The position numbers and the translations under genes are program-made. A stretch of 64,000 nt of DNA, taken from contig NC_042997.1 in assembly GCF_006345805.1 (NCBI RefSeq), positions 55,304,001 through 55,368,000 of the forward strand, read 5' to 3'. Numbering within the stretch: position 1 is the first letter of the stretch; the number at the start of each line of letters is the position of its first letter. Under the pieces are notes generated by a model that did no database searches, was not told the DNA's origin, and saw only the letters and a list, made by a program, of their open reading frames with translations. Positions 52,910 through 64,000 of this stretch are shown here, one piece after another. The stretch comes from Octopus sinensis. Lineage: Eukaryota.

Positions 52910-53488
52910 AAACTTAGATATGTTTCAACCTAAGATTGGTCCAGGCCATGTCTAACTTAATAGCACCACCTGATAGGATTATCTAAATCCTGTTAAAGTC
53001 AAGTTTTGTTTATGGTCCATTCAAGTAGTGAGTTCTTGTTGAGTGAGTTGTATCCAGGTATGGGTGGGTTATCCGGTATTCCTTGAAGAAATTTGTCCAG
53101 ACTCCGTATAAAGGTGATGGGATCCTTTTCCTCTTTGATCTCTTTCGGGACAATGTTAAGCAGGGCAGGGAAAAGAAATTATGTTGCAGTGTACCTATAT
53201 GCTGTGATCCTGAATTGGGCAGAGGACATATGGCCCGTGGTCCCAGCCTTGGGTGAGCCTTGAAACTAATATTCATGTCGTTTGGGCAAAGTTGGCGGTA
53301 TATTCTCCACATCGTACAAATGATGTACCGCTCACGGTGACGCTGGAGAGAGTAGAGTTTCAAGGCTCTAAGGCGGTCCCAATAATTGAGAGCATCATGC
53401 CTTCAATTCGTTTAGTGAGTACTCTCTGGGGTGATTCAATCCTGGAGATGTGTTGTCTTGTATGGGGAGACCACAGTGGGCAGCAGTA
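52910..53488 (-). mobile_element. CR1-group LINE family A, 3' fragment
   Basis: Reverse complement aligns with about 46765-47346 including the 3' UTR. Confidence 0.93.
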
Positions 53489-53817
53489 TTTATTTATATA
53501 CATATATAAATACATATATATATACGTATATGTATATATACATATATAAATACATATAGGAGAGTAGAAAATAATAATTAAGTAGAATGCTAAATTGAAA
53601 GTAAACTTTAATAAAAATGGGTGTATGAAAAATTAAAAAATAAAAAATAAAAAATAAAAAATTAAGAAAGGTAAAAGAAAAATACACACATATATATATA
53701 TACACACATATATATATACATATGTATATGCATATATACATTTGCATATACCTATATTATAGATACATATACATATATATATATACATATAAACAGTATA
53801 TATAAATAAACACACAC

Positions 53818-53854
<37 letters not shown>

Positions 53855-53914
53855 TATATATATTATATATATACATAGATATATGTATATACATATATAA
53901 ATACATATATAATA

Positions 53915-54565
53915 CATGACGACTGGCTGGGTGGATCCTAAGAACATTCAGAACAAGAGATAAGGAAACCATGATGGTCCTCTGGCGGATATTCGTCCTC
54001 AGCCGTCTGGATTACTGCTCACAGCTATGGTCACCCACCAGTGTAAAATTAACAGCGGACCTTGAAGCAATCCAGAGATGATTCACAAAGAAGATCGTCT
54101 CTTTGCAACAGACTCTACTCCCTGGAGAGAAGACGGGAGAGGTATGCAGTAATATATGTCTGGAAGATCCTGGAAGGAATTGTGCCAAATTTCGGCATTG
54201 TAAGCTACACCAATGCCAGAACGGGACGACACTGCATAGTGCCAAAGATCCCAGCAATGCCATCACGCTTCAGGATCAGCTTCTGCAACAGCCCGGGTTT
54301 CAAGGGCCCACAGCTTTTTAATATTCTCCCAAAGAGTCTGAGGAACTTGCACAAAGTAGATGTGGCGGTTTTTAAATCAAAGCTGGACATCTTCCTGTCA
54401 AGAGTCCCAGCTGAACCTACCTCACGGCAAGAGGTGCAAATGAGAGTAGCTATATCAAACTCCATTCTTCACCAAGTGCCACATATTAGACGAGGTTCGT
54501 CGTAATAACAGTGTAGCACAAAACGGCGGTGCATCAGCATGGCCGCAGCTCTGAGCTGAAACTAG
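53915..54565 (+). mobile_element. CR1-group LINE family B, 3' fragment
   Basis: VLRTFRTRDKETMMVLWRIFVLSRLDYCSQLWSP..LYSLERRRERYAVIYVWKILEG..; tail GGCGGTGCATCAGCATGGCCGCAGCTCTGAGCTGAAAC. Confidence 0.92.
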
Positions 54566-54577
54566 AAAAAAAACACG

Positions 54578-54831
54578 TATATATATACATATATATGCAT
54601 ATGCATTATAAATATACATATATACATACATATATAAATACATATATATATATACATATATATATACATATATATGCATATACATTATAAATATATATAT
54701 ATATACATACATATATACATATATATGCATATACATTATAAATATTATACATACATACATACATATATATGCATATACATTATAAATATATATATACATA
54801 CATACATACATATATATGCATATACATTATA

Positions 54832-54862
<31 letters not shown>

Positions 54863-54946
54863 CATACATATATACATACATACATACATATGCATATACA
54901 TTATAAATATATATATACATACATATATATACACACACACACACAC

Positions 54947-55013
<67 letters not shown>
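54578..55013. repeat. AT-derived higher-order repeat and (AT)n
   Basis: GCATATACATTATAAATATA-type unit recurs about six times. Confidence 0.85.
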
Positions 55014-55018
<5 letters not shown>

Positions 55019-55249
55019 GAGATGTGGAACACCACGAGTTGTGATATATAAAAAAAAGGAAATGAAGAAAATGCTGACAAAATAATTTAAATAAGGGAGA
55101 GTGTATTTAATTAGGTGAAAGTTCTTTACCGGTTGCGCATTTGTTATGCTTATCAAAAGATATTTTTTTAAGAGAGATAGAGTTCCTTTCTGATAGATTT
55201 TTTTCTCTTATCAGATATATATATATATACATATAATGGAGAACTTGTA

Positions 55250-55625
55250 CAAAATGTAGTAGGAGCACTCCGTTGGTTACGACGATGAGGGTCCTAGCTG
55301 ATACGATCAACAGAACAGCTTGCTCGTGGAATTAACGTGCAAGAAGCTGAGCATTCCACAGACACGTGTACCCTTAACGTAGTTCTCGAGGAGATTCAGC
55401 GTGACACAGAGTGTGACAAGGCTGGCCCTTTGAAATACAGGTACAACAGAAACAGGAAGAAAGAGCGAGAGAAAGTTGTGGTGAAAGAGTACAGCAGGGA
55501 TCACCCCCACCCCTGCAGGAGCCTTGTGAAGTTTTAGGTGTTTTCGCTCAATAAACACTCACAATGCCCGGTCTGGGAATCGAAATCGCGATCCTACGAC
55601 CGCGAGTCCGCTGCCCTAACCACTG
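55250..55625 (-). mobile_element. SINE with the head and body of 31540-31844 but a different tail
   Basis: About 55455-55625 aligns with about 31655-31825; the remainder does not. Confidence 0.88.
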
Positions 55626-55739
55626 TATAAATAGATGACGAGTAAAGCACCGGCAAAGTTTCGATTACCTGTTGTCATTGGCGGTTAGGGTAACACTATT
55701 AATAAAGTAGGAGATGCAATGTGTAATAGACTTTATTGG

Positions 55740-55785
55740 GTACATCGCATGTTTCGACCCGTTGTAGGTCTCTTCAGGTATATCA
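55740..55785 (-). ncRNA. Hammerhead-like motif, probable PLE pLTR
   Basis: Minus CTGAAGA-GACC-TACAACG-GGTC-GAAA-CATG-C. Confidence 0.55.
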
Positions 55786-56049
55786 ATGATGTCTTGAGTC
55801 GGCTTACGTACCGCTGTATGTCCATCAAATTCGAGAATGAGTAAAATCAGTAAAAAATTATTAAAAGGCAAAAAATTCAAATATGAAATTGGAAAGTATA
55901 CATTTTAGTTTAGAGAAAATGACGTAAGGAGCTGTCGCTGTTATAACTGTTAAGAGACAGAAAAGGAAATAGAAGTTGAAATTGAAAGGAAGATAATACT
56001 TATAAGAAAACTTTTTTGTTTTCGTGCTTAGATACATATATGCATACAT

Positions 56050-56108
<59 letters not shown>

Positions 56109-56441
56109 CACATATACATACGCGCTCACACACGCACATCCAAGTATATGGGCATATACATACAACTAGATACACGCGCATATGCACATGTATGGACGAA
56201 TATATAATGTATATATATTGGAACTCAAATACGCAGGTACACCCATGCATATATAAATAAATATGCGTTTAAAGCATAGATAAATATGTGCATAGATTCG
56301 TATGTAAAGCAAGCTGCAGACGTCTGTGCAAAGCTTTACATACACACACGTGTTAACACACTCGCGTATAAACATATATAAATATGCATACGCATACATA
56401 CAAATACACACACATATATATGCATATATGTACACACACAT

Positions 56442-56484
<43 letters not shown>

Positions 56485-56616
56485 CATATGCACACACGCA
56501 CACACACGCACACGCATACACACACATACACACACACATATATATATGTAGACGCACATAACATATACATGTACACATATATGCATATACACACATACAT
56601 ACGTACACACACACAA

Positions 56617-56676
<60 letters not shown>

Positions 56677-56859
56677 TACATATATGGATCTAGATTGCAA
56701 GATGATATGTCAAATAGAAGTTATTCGAATAAGTTCCTGAAGTTCATGCGTATAAAGAATTGTGGGCGCCATGTATACATCAAGTTATATATGGTCAAGA
56801 TTGTAATATGTGAATGTGTGTTTAGCTGCGTGTAGGCGTCTGGGTAATGGTTCAAAGAA

Positions 56860-57230
56860 TTTATTTACAATGCACTCCTTTGTTAACACTACTGCCTTCC
56901 GGGATAGAGTGTTGTAGAGACTCGCGTATCTAAGTATGAACCATGTAATGTCGTATTTTGTCTTGAAGACTCCAGATAAAATCGGTCAGTAATGTTACAT
57001 GTCGTTTGAGGATACTTCGAAAGCTGGCCATGTGGTTGTGGTTGCGGTATCAGTTTTTGAAAAAATCGGCCGATGCCCCGATATATACTTAGGGGCCTCC
57101 TCTAGTGTTTATAATGCACTTGTGTACCACGTTCTTAGTCATACATTGCTTATCCAAAGGACAATTGGATTTATCTCTTTTAGTTGTGTTCGAGGTTAGC
57201 GTGGTGCATACGTTTCGGTTCTATCGTGTA
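56860..57230 (-). mobile_element. Penelope-like GIY-YIG endonuclease fragment (decayed), distinct from 1-510
   Basis: KRDKSNCPLDKQCMTKNVVHKCII..VYIGASADFFKN*YRNH..ASFR..TLLTDFIWSLQD. Confidence 0.8.
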
Positions 57231-57287
57231 TATTTGAGTTAGTTACTATTTCTGATCGACTCCAGGAATATTCTTTGTAAGTTTAGT

Positions 57288-57385
57288 ACTTATTCGATCG
57301 GACTCTTTCGCCGAACCGCTAGATACGGGGACGTAAACACAACAGCATCGGTTGTCAAGCGATGTTGGGGGACAAACACAGACAC
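57288..57385 (-). mobile_element. SINE body fragment, same family as 48105-48453
   Basis: AGTACTTATTC.ATCGG..GCCGAACCGCTA..GGGGACG.AAACAC..CAGCATCGGTTGTCAAGCGA matches about 48190-48280. Confidence 0.85.
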
Positions 57386-57389
57386 ACAA

Positions 57390-57429
57390 ACTATATACGC
57401 ACATACACACACACATATATATATATGCG

Positions 57430-57467
<38 letters not shown>

Positions 57468-57647
57468 ATATATATATAATGCATATATATATATATGCAT
57501 ATTTATATATATGCATATATATATATGCATATATATATATGCATATATATATATATACGCATATATATATATATATGCATATATGTATATGTATATATAT
57601 ATGCATATATATATATGCATATATTATATATGCATATATATATATGC

Positions 57648-57680
<33 letters not shown>

Positions 57681-57851
57681 TAATATGCATATATATATAT
57701 ATATGCATATATATATATATATATGCATATATATATTATATATTATATATATATATATGCATATATATATATATATATATATGCATATAATATATATTCA
57801 TATATATATATATATATATGCATATATATATGCATATATTATATATATATA

Positions 57852-57896
<45 letters not shown>

Positions 57897-57905
57897 CACA
57901 TATAT
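57390..57905. repeat. (AT)n punctuated by GC, (ATATATGC)-type array
   Basis: Direct reading. Confidence 0.95.
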
Positions 57906-58879
57906 AAATCTAAAGTTTGGATTTGTTTCACTAGTAGCTTAATAACATTTGTCCAACGTTCACAATATATCTTAACTGTAAAATGAAGAATAATGCAACA
58001 ATAGTAGATTTCGTTTTACCTACGGTTCTCGAATCATAAATAAATTCGAGAATGTTGAAATATATAGTAAATTAAGCTACTATTTAGTCACTTCGTGTTG
58101 AGTTTAAATTTCAGTTCACCATTTCATTCTCAAAGTTAGCATTTGTTTCCGCTTTTTCCACTTAGATTTATGAAATATTTAATCCACAAGAATATAAATG
58201 TATATTTATCCACCCACTTGGTGGATAAACAACTAGGAAAAAATAATTACTCGACCTTTTAAGTGGGTGATTACATTCAATGGATGATTTGCGGTATTGC
58301 TAATTTACTAGATAAATAGCTTCTTGGTCAGTGGATTTGAACTCATGACCCAAATCTGCCTAACCTTATAGATTATACTTAAAATACATAACAGTTAGCC
58401 GTTTGAGTCAATTATCCCGACTACATCTGCTATTTTGTTTAAAACACAAAAAATGCTGGTTCTCTGCTTAATCAAAAGAAATCTTGAATATATTGGCATG
58501 TGTTGTTCGCGATCGAGGGGGAAGAATAATGAAAGAAGAAAAGAGAAAAAATAAACAAATAAAAAGTTTTGAAAATAAAGAATGAAAATAAAGCTAACAA
58601 ACATGCTATACGTATCAACAGGAACGCAACGTAATGTTCGTTCTCCTGCTGACAACTCCATACATAATAGGTAGCTGCGGGCGATCTGTCAGCCTTGACT
58701 GTACTTGCAAGAATTTCCTTCGTAACACACGGTATTGAAAGAGTTTTACGTTACCATGCAATTTACCTGAATATATTATATTTCTAAATTCTGTAGTTGC
58801 GATTGGAATGTTCAGATTAAAAGGGAGAAGAACTGACAGTTTGTTGGATAAAACGTTTTATGGTATTTAATTATATCTC

Positions 58880-58995
58880 TTTACGTTCTGAGTTCAAATC
58901 CCGCCAAGTTTGATATTATTCATCAGTAGGTTGATCAAATAGCGACGAGATAGTTACAGTTTTAGTTCTGAGATATATTTAATCGACTATACCCT
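58880..58995 (+). mobile_element. Highly diverged SINE body
   Basis: ACGTTCTGAGTTCAAATCCCGCC.AG matches 20550-20580. Confidence 0.55.
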
Positions 58996-61384
58996 TCCCT
59001 ACAAAGTGTAAAGCGTTGTGCCCAATTAAGAAATTCAGGGGGCGAGGAAATAAAAGAAGCAGTAAGATTGCCTTACCAAATGCTTTGCGGTATTTATTTC
59101 GCCCTCTAGGCTTAAATTATACCGTAGCTGACTTTGAATCTCATCCCACCGGGAGTCAGTGTAGTATGAGTGATATGCTAGAGTCCATTCAACTGTATCA
59201 TAGCGCTATGAACCAAGGGAAGTTAGAGAACTAAAAATCGTTATAACGATTTTTAGATTTATTCATTTCAGCCTCTGATAATTTCAGATATCTTCCTATT
59301 CGATACTAACAGAGATCCTATTGAGTGTACTCTTACTGCACCGCGATGTGACCTTGTTCCTAATCAGAAGATACTTATGGTGTATGACACATGAGACTAT
59401 ACTTTCTGAAGTATTTCGCTGTCAACAAAGAATCCTTACAAAAGGTTTTGATTCTCAGTGAAAGTTAATATACTTCCATTACTCTGCTAGCTTTCTTGAG
59501 AAAAGTATAAATGTCCCACAATCTCATTTCACATTTGAATAGCTTTTTAGACTAGCATTTAAGCAAGAAATAATTATATTGAAAGATTAAATGGATTCTT
59601 AATTTTTACAGACTAGGCTTTTCAATTTTTTTTTTCCATTATTAAATCAACATACAGCAATAACATGGCATGTTTAAGTAGCGTATGAATTTTTTCATGA
59701 AAAAGGAGGTATGGGTGAACCTAAACATATAGCAAAAAGGTTGGAAGTCCATGAAATTATTATGGTATTTCGAAAGCATAATATTAGCCTACTTGATCTC
59801 ATGCAGAACCTAAGTGGACGATATGACAAAAAATGCTCTGAGTGAGATGGGGTTGGTGGAATACAAGGCTTTTATAATTACATCAGTGGTTTACTGATAA
59901 CTAAACGTCACTGGTTAGAAAATGTGAGACACTTCATAACTCGATTAAGATATCATAGCTTAACGATAGACAAAGTATGACATCGGTGATATGATGTGAA
60001 TACCCGAATCTTCGGTCAATAGGCAGTTGCCATTCTTCATAAAACCTGAGATATTGTCAGTCGCCACAAATACACCAAACTGAGCTTTCTTTAAACCAAA
60101 CATAATTATAGACGAGAGAATTCACAATTATGTTATGTACATGCTATGGGCAAGGTAAATTTGTTAATTAAGTCAGAAGCAATTTCTACGAAGGCTGATT
60201 TTGCTTTTCATCATTCTTTGAGTGATAAAATAAGTATGTCAAGGACTGGAGTCCTAGTAAGCGACTAGTTCCCTACCCACAATTTTCAGGCTTTGTGCCT
60301 AAAGTTGAAAGGTTTATTAAGTCAGCGGGGGAAGAGTGGTGTTCAGGATATTTTTCAAACAGTTTATTGAAATAATTCTAGCGGGCAATCAAAAAACTAG
60401 AATATATTCTCACTTTATTTACGACTATAATGTGGCAGTAAAGATTTCTTAAATAAGGGGAATATGAGATATTGTCACTTTCATTTTCTCATGAACGCTA
60501 TGTCTCCAAACTTGAATTTAAAAATTAGATCAGTGTTTCGAAATTGATAAGCCAAAACTCACTTCACATTATATAAGTCAGTGAAACAAAGGGAAGCAGA
60601 GTATTAAGAAATTTAATTATTATGAATTATTACTAAGCAGTTAACTCGTGAATTCATAAAGCTTGGGTGAACCCAAAGTGCTTCATTTTACGATTGGCCA
60701 AATCCCTGACCTTCCCTTGCTTCGGATAAATTGTATGAAAATTTATATTATCTTAATATTTGATTATGTATCTAAATATACTTAACTAGTAAAGTAAAAT
60801 ATACTAAATATCTAAGATGGTACTTTTTAATAAGATTAAAATTTTTTACGGATTGTTAACCTCATCTAAGAATTGAAACATTTCAAATATTTACCTTTAA
60901 CCTATATCACGATAGCTGCGTCTGTTTTTTTCATAAGGTATCTGTATTATGGGATATGTACACAGTATCGGTCTGATTGTAACTCGAAACCTATTTCTCA
61001 ATTAATGGCCCTGACGTTCTTACCCGCTGTACAAAGAGTGCTATTAACGTTAGTTTATAAATGAAGGTTTCTTGCTCGAATCTTGTCGGTACCATTTACA
61101 TATCTCGGAATAAAACACTCAATTTTAATCAGAATGGAAGGAGATCGAAACAGTGTAGACGTAAATATCTATAAACGTTTCATACTAACACGAAAATATA
61201 TAACCATAAGGAAAGATAGGAAATGACAAAGTATCTTACAGACACAATAGTTTAATAGGGTAAATATGTGCATAGATTTATGTTGGTAGTTATAGTTGCA
61301 TAGTTGTAGGTCTTCGGTTGACTTTTGATTATTATCTGGCAAAGAGCGTTGGAGGAAAGAAAAATGCCTTCCGGTATTTTTCCC

Positions 61385-61500
61385 GGCCATTTGTGTTCTG
61401 AATTCATATCTTATCGAGGTCAGATGTACCTGTAGTCTTTCAAGGGTCGATAAACTGATGTTCCAGTCAAGTACTGGCGCAGATTTAATCAACTAAAGTC
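61385..61500 (+). mobile_element. Highly diverged SINE body
   Basis: GTTCTGAATTCA..CGAGGTC..CTTTCAAGGGTCGATAAA..TCCAGTCAAGTACTGG. Confidence 0.55.
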
Positions 61501-62544
61501 TATCACACGAAATTTATGGAATTATGCCTATGTTAGACGCAATTATTATCTGATAAAACCCAATCTACAGCAGTCACTGGAGTAGAGGCGGCTGAGTTAC
61601 AGTTTGTAATCTATGAAAATTAGATGCACACAGACTGCAACACAATGTTGGAACGTCTGTGTAGTCACTTTAGTTGCTAAAAATACCAGCCAAGCCTCTC
61701 TTCATCTATATCCTGTTCTCTTAATGAATACGCTGGATAATGTAATCCAGGTATGCTAAACCTAAAAATGCAAACTGATGATTAGGGCTTGAATATTTTT
61801 GATAATAAATGTCCTTGATCAGCACGACCTGGTTCTAAACAGTAACAACAAAATTTTGCTAAAATTCACTGCACATCACTCTTATGGTTAACTTTTTTGT
61901 AAATGGTTTTGAAATTGCAATTCTTATTTTCTCTGTCAGCAAAATTTCGGATCTTTACCCTTTACTCTAAAGAAATAAATATTTAAAGATCATATGTTTT
62001 GATTGATTGTTAAATTATTTTGCAATAACTTTTAGATACTTTATTGTTATCCTATATTGATAACTTTAAAACATGGTGACTTAAACAGCTTCAAAAGGCC
62101 ACGGTTAATCCCAAGAGTTTTTGTAATGTTAACAGAAAACATCAAAGGGTATTAGTTATCTCTTAACTCACATAAAACGGGAACGAGACAAGGAAATTAA
62201 CTTTGATACATCTCATTAAAAACAATTTCTATTAATTACGACTCATTTCACATTGTTTTAATGTATTTAATTAACTTAATTAAAGAAATATGATGACAAT
62301 AATTTCTTACACTGGTGCGAAACCACAGAATTGAACACGGGAATTGTTGTTGATTGAAAGATCCAAGTATATAAGATGTTTAAATTACCACATAGGGTTC
62401 GTATGGTTTGCCGCGTATAGTTTAGACGAATCAGAAAGATCCAGGATATTTAGAAAATTTGTTTTAATGTATTGCCAGAGTGTACGTGTACTCTTTTATG
62501 ACAAATTTCAATACTAGAACTAATTTTTTAAAGGTTGCGAGCTG

Positions 62545-62730
62545 GCTGAAGGCTTATCAGTATTTCAACCGTCTTTACGTTCTGAGTTCAAATTCCACCG
62601 AGATCGACTTTGCTTTTCATCCTTTCGGACTCGATAAAAATAAGTACCAGTCCAGCACTTGGGTCAATGCAATCGGCCTCTACCATCTCTAAATTGCTGT
62701 CCTTGTGCCAAAATTTGAAACCAATATTTA
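62545..62730 (+). mobile_element. tRNA-derived SINE
   Basis: GCGAGCTGGC.GAA..ACGTTCTGAGTTCAAATTCCACCGAGATCGACTTTGCTTTTCATCCTTTCGG..AAGTACCAG. Confidence 0.8.
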
Positions 62731-62756
62731 TAAGGATTTTTGTTTAAAATTTAGGT

Positions 62757-62882
62757 ACAAGACTAGCAATTTTGAGAAACAGGACAAGTCGATTACTTCG
62801 ATTCCAGTGCTTCACAAATACTTTATTTTATCGATCCCGGGATGAGAAAAGCAAAATTAACCCTGGTGAAATTTGAACTCAA
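62757..62882 (-). mobile_element. Diverged SINE body, convergent with 62545-62730
   Basis: AAGTCGATTAC..CCAGTG..TTTATCGA.CCC..GAAATTTGAACTCA as in 29769-29982. Confidence 0.65.
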
Positions 62883-62920
62883 GAGTTAATAAAGATTGTT
62901 TGCCAATGTAATATAGCATT

Positions 62921-63128
62921 CCTGATTTAGGACTAATGTTGCTGTAATGTAGCCCCAGGAGACATCGTCTCCAGTTGGCTATACGACACGATCTGCGTCC
63001 TTATATTTTCGAACAAGTGGTGCTAGATTCCCTTGTTCGAAAATATAAGGACACAGATCGTATCGTATAGCTAGCTGGAGACGATGTCTGCTGGAGATAA
63101 ATTATAGCAACATTAGTCCTAAACCAGG
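62921..63128. repeat. 208-bp palindrome, MITE-like
   Basis: 97-bp arms (62921-63017, 63032-63128), 10 mismatches, 14-nt loop; no clear TSD. Confidence 0.92.
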
Positions 63129-63519
63129 ACTGCCATGTTATGTTGGCAAACAATCTTTACTACAAAGTATTGTTGCTGAATATCTCACGTTGTGAGATTT
63201 AAAAATAATAATTTTCAGAATTTAATGTTTCGAACGAAATGCCGCTAAACATGTCCGGCGTACTAAGGGTTCTACCGGCTCGCCGCCTTATTTTCTTATA
63301 TAATAAACAACTTTTTAAAAAGCCGATGTTTTGCAATAATACTCTTAATGCTTTTTTCAACGTACTGTGAATAGTTGAATAAAAAAACAAAAACAAAAAA
63401 CCCTGGTCTCGAGGAAATGTTATCGAACTCGGACAGTTGAAAGTTGAGTGGGTACTGACTAAAGCAAACCAATATCAGTCGGTGTTTACGGAAGCTAAAT
63501 AAAACTAAATGAAAACCAA

Positions 63520-63810
63520 ACGAGTCTCTGTCGGTTTCGACGATAAGTATTCACTTGGATCTATCGACCCACTAAAGTAGTTGATTATTCCACCGACGCA
63601 CGTGTATCCCAACAGGCATAATCAGCATGACATACTCTGTCATTAGGCTGCTGTTTTGAATTACAAGAATAACCCATCTGATAGACTCTCAAACAGTTTC
63701 CATCTACTCAGTTTCACTCACAAGGCTTGGGTCAACCCTAGACTGTAGAAATAGACATTCATCCGGGAAACCACACTGCTGGATCAAACTCGATCCCCGC
63801 GATTGCAAAG
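63520..63810 (-). mobile_element. Diverged SINE with tail resembling 55250-55450
   Basis: GTCTCTGTCGGTTTCGACGAT resembles GCACTCCGTTGGTTACGACGAT; body ACAGTTTCCATCTAC..TTCACTCACAAGGCTT.GGTC. Confidence 0.55.
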
Positions 63811-64000
63811 CGAAGGCCTTCACCTTTCATCCATGCTGTTTCCACAGTGAAACTAAAATAATGAAACATGTTGTTCCACCACATCACTTACTCCATCCAT
63901 TTGTTCTTCATGTACTCCAATGTAAACAATATTTGTTGTGCCTAATCCCAGATCAGTTCCGATCGATCACAGACGTTCAATTGTGACCATAGGAATCTTT

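Noticed and set aside
57200-57215. GAAACGTA on the minus strand
   Set aside because: No upstream core; lies in the PLE coding frame.
59950-60100. Short open frames on the minus strand (FYEEWQLPIDRRFG; AQFGVFVATDNISG)
   Set aside because: No recognised domain and weak splice sites.

Overview
AT-rich, microsatellite-saturated animal genomic DNA with no host exon I can support. The SINE families and the (AT)n/(AC)n/(ATAC)n load suggest a coleoid cephalopod, probably Octopus (inference). Most ORF-track entries are microsatellite translations. The recognisable content is mobile DNA: two decayed Penelope-like (PLE) GIY-YIG fragments; a long 5'-truncated CR1-group LINE (43764-47346) with a Cys/His-rich ORF1 remnant, plus other LINE pieces; a complete Buster-type hAT with an 8-bp TSD; a deleted Helitron; mariner relics; MITE-like palindromes; and many tRNA-derived SINEs, including a tandem array. 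The best second-look signal is about ten hammerhead-ribozyme-like motifs (CUGAnGA-stemII-GAAA, mostly with palindromic stem III). They include a 201-bp palindrome with a type I hammerhead fold on both strands and a tandem pair 209 nt apart. PLE hammerheads are known in general, so novelty would lie in these architectures and needs testing. All folds and translations were done by eye.
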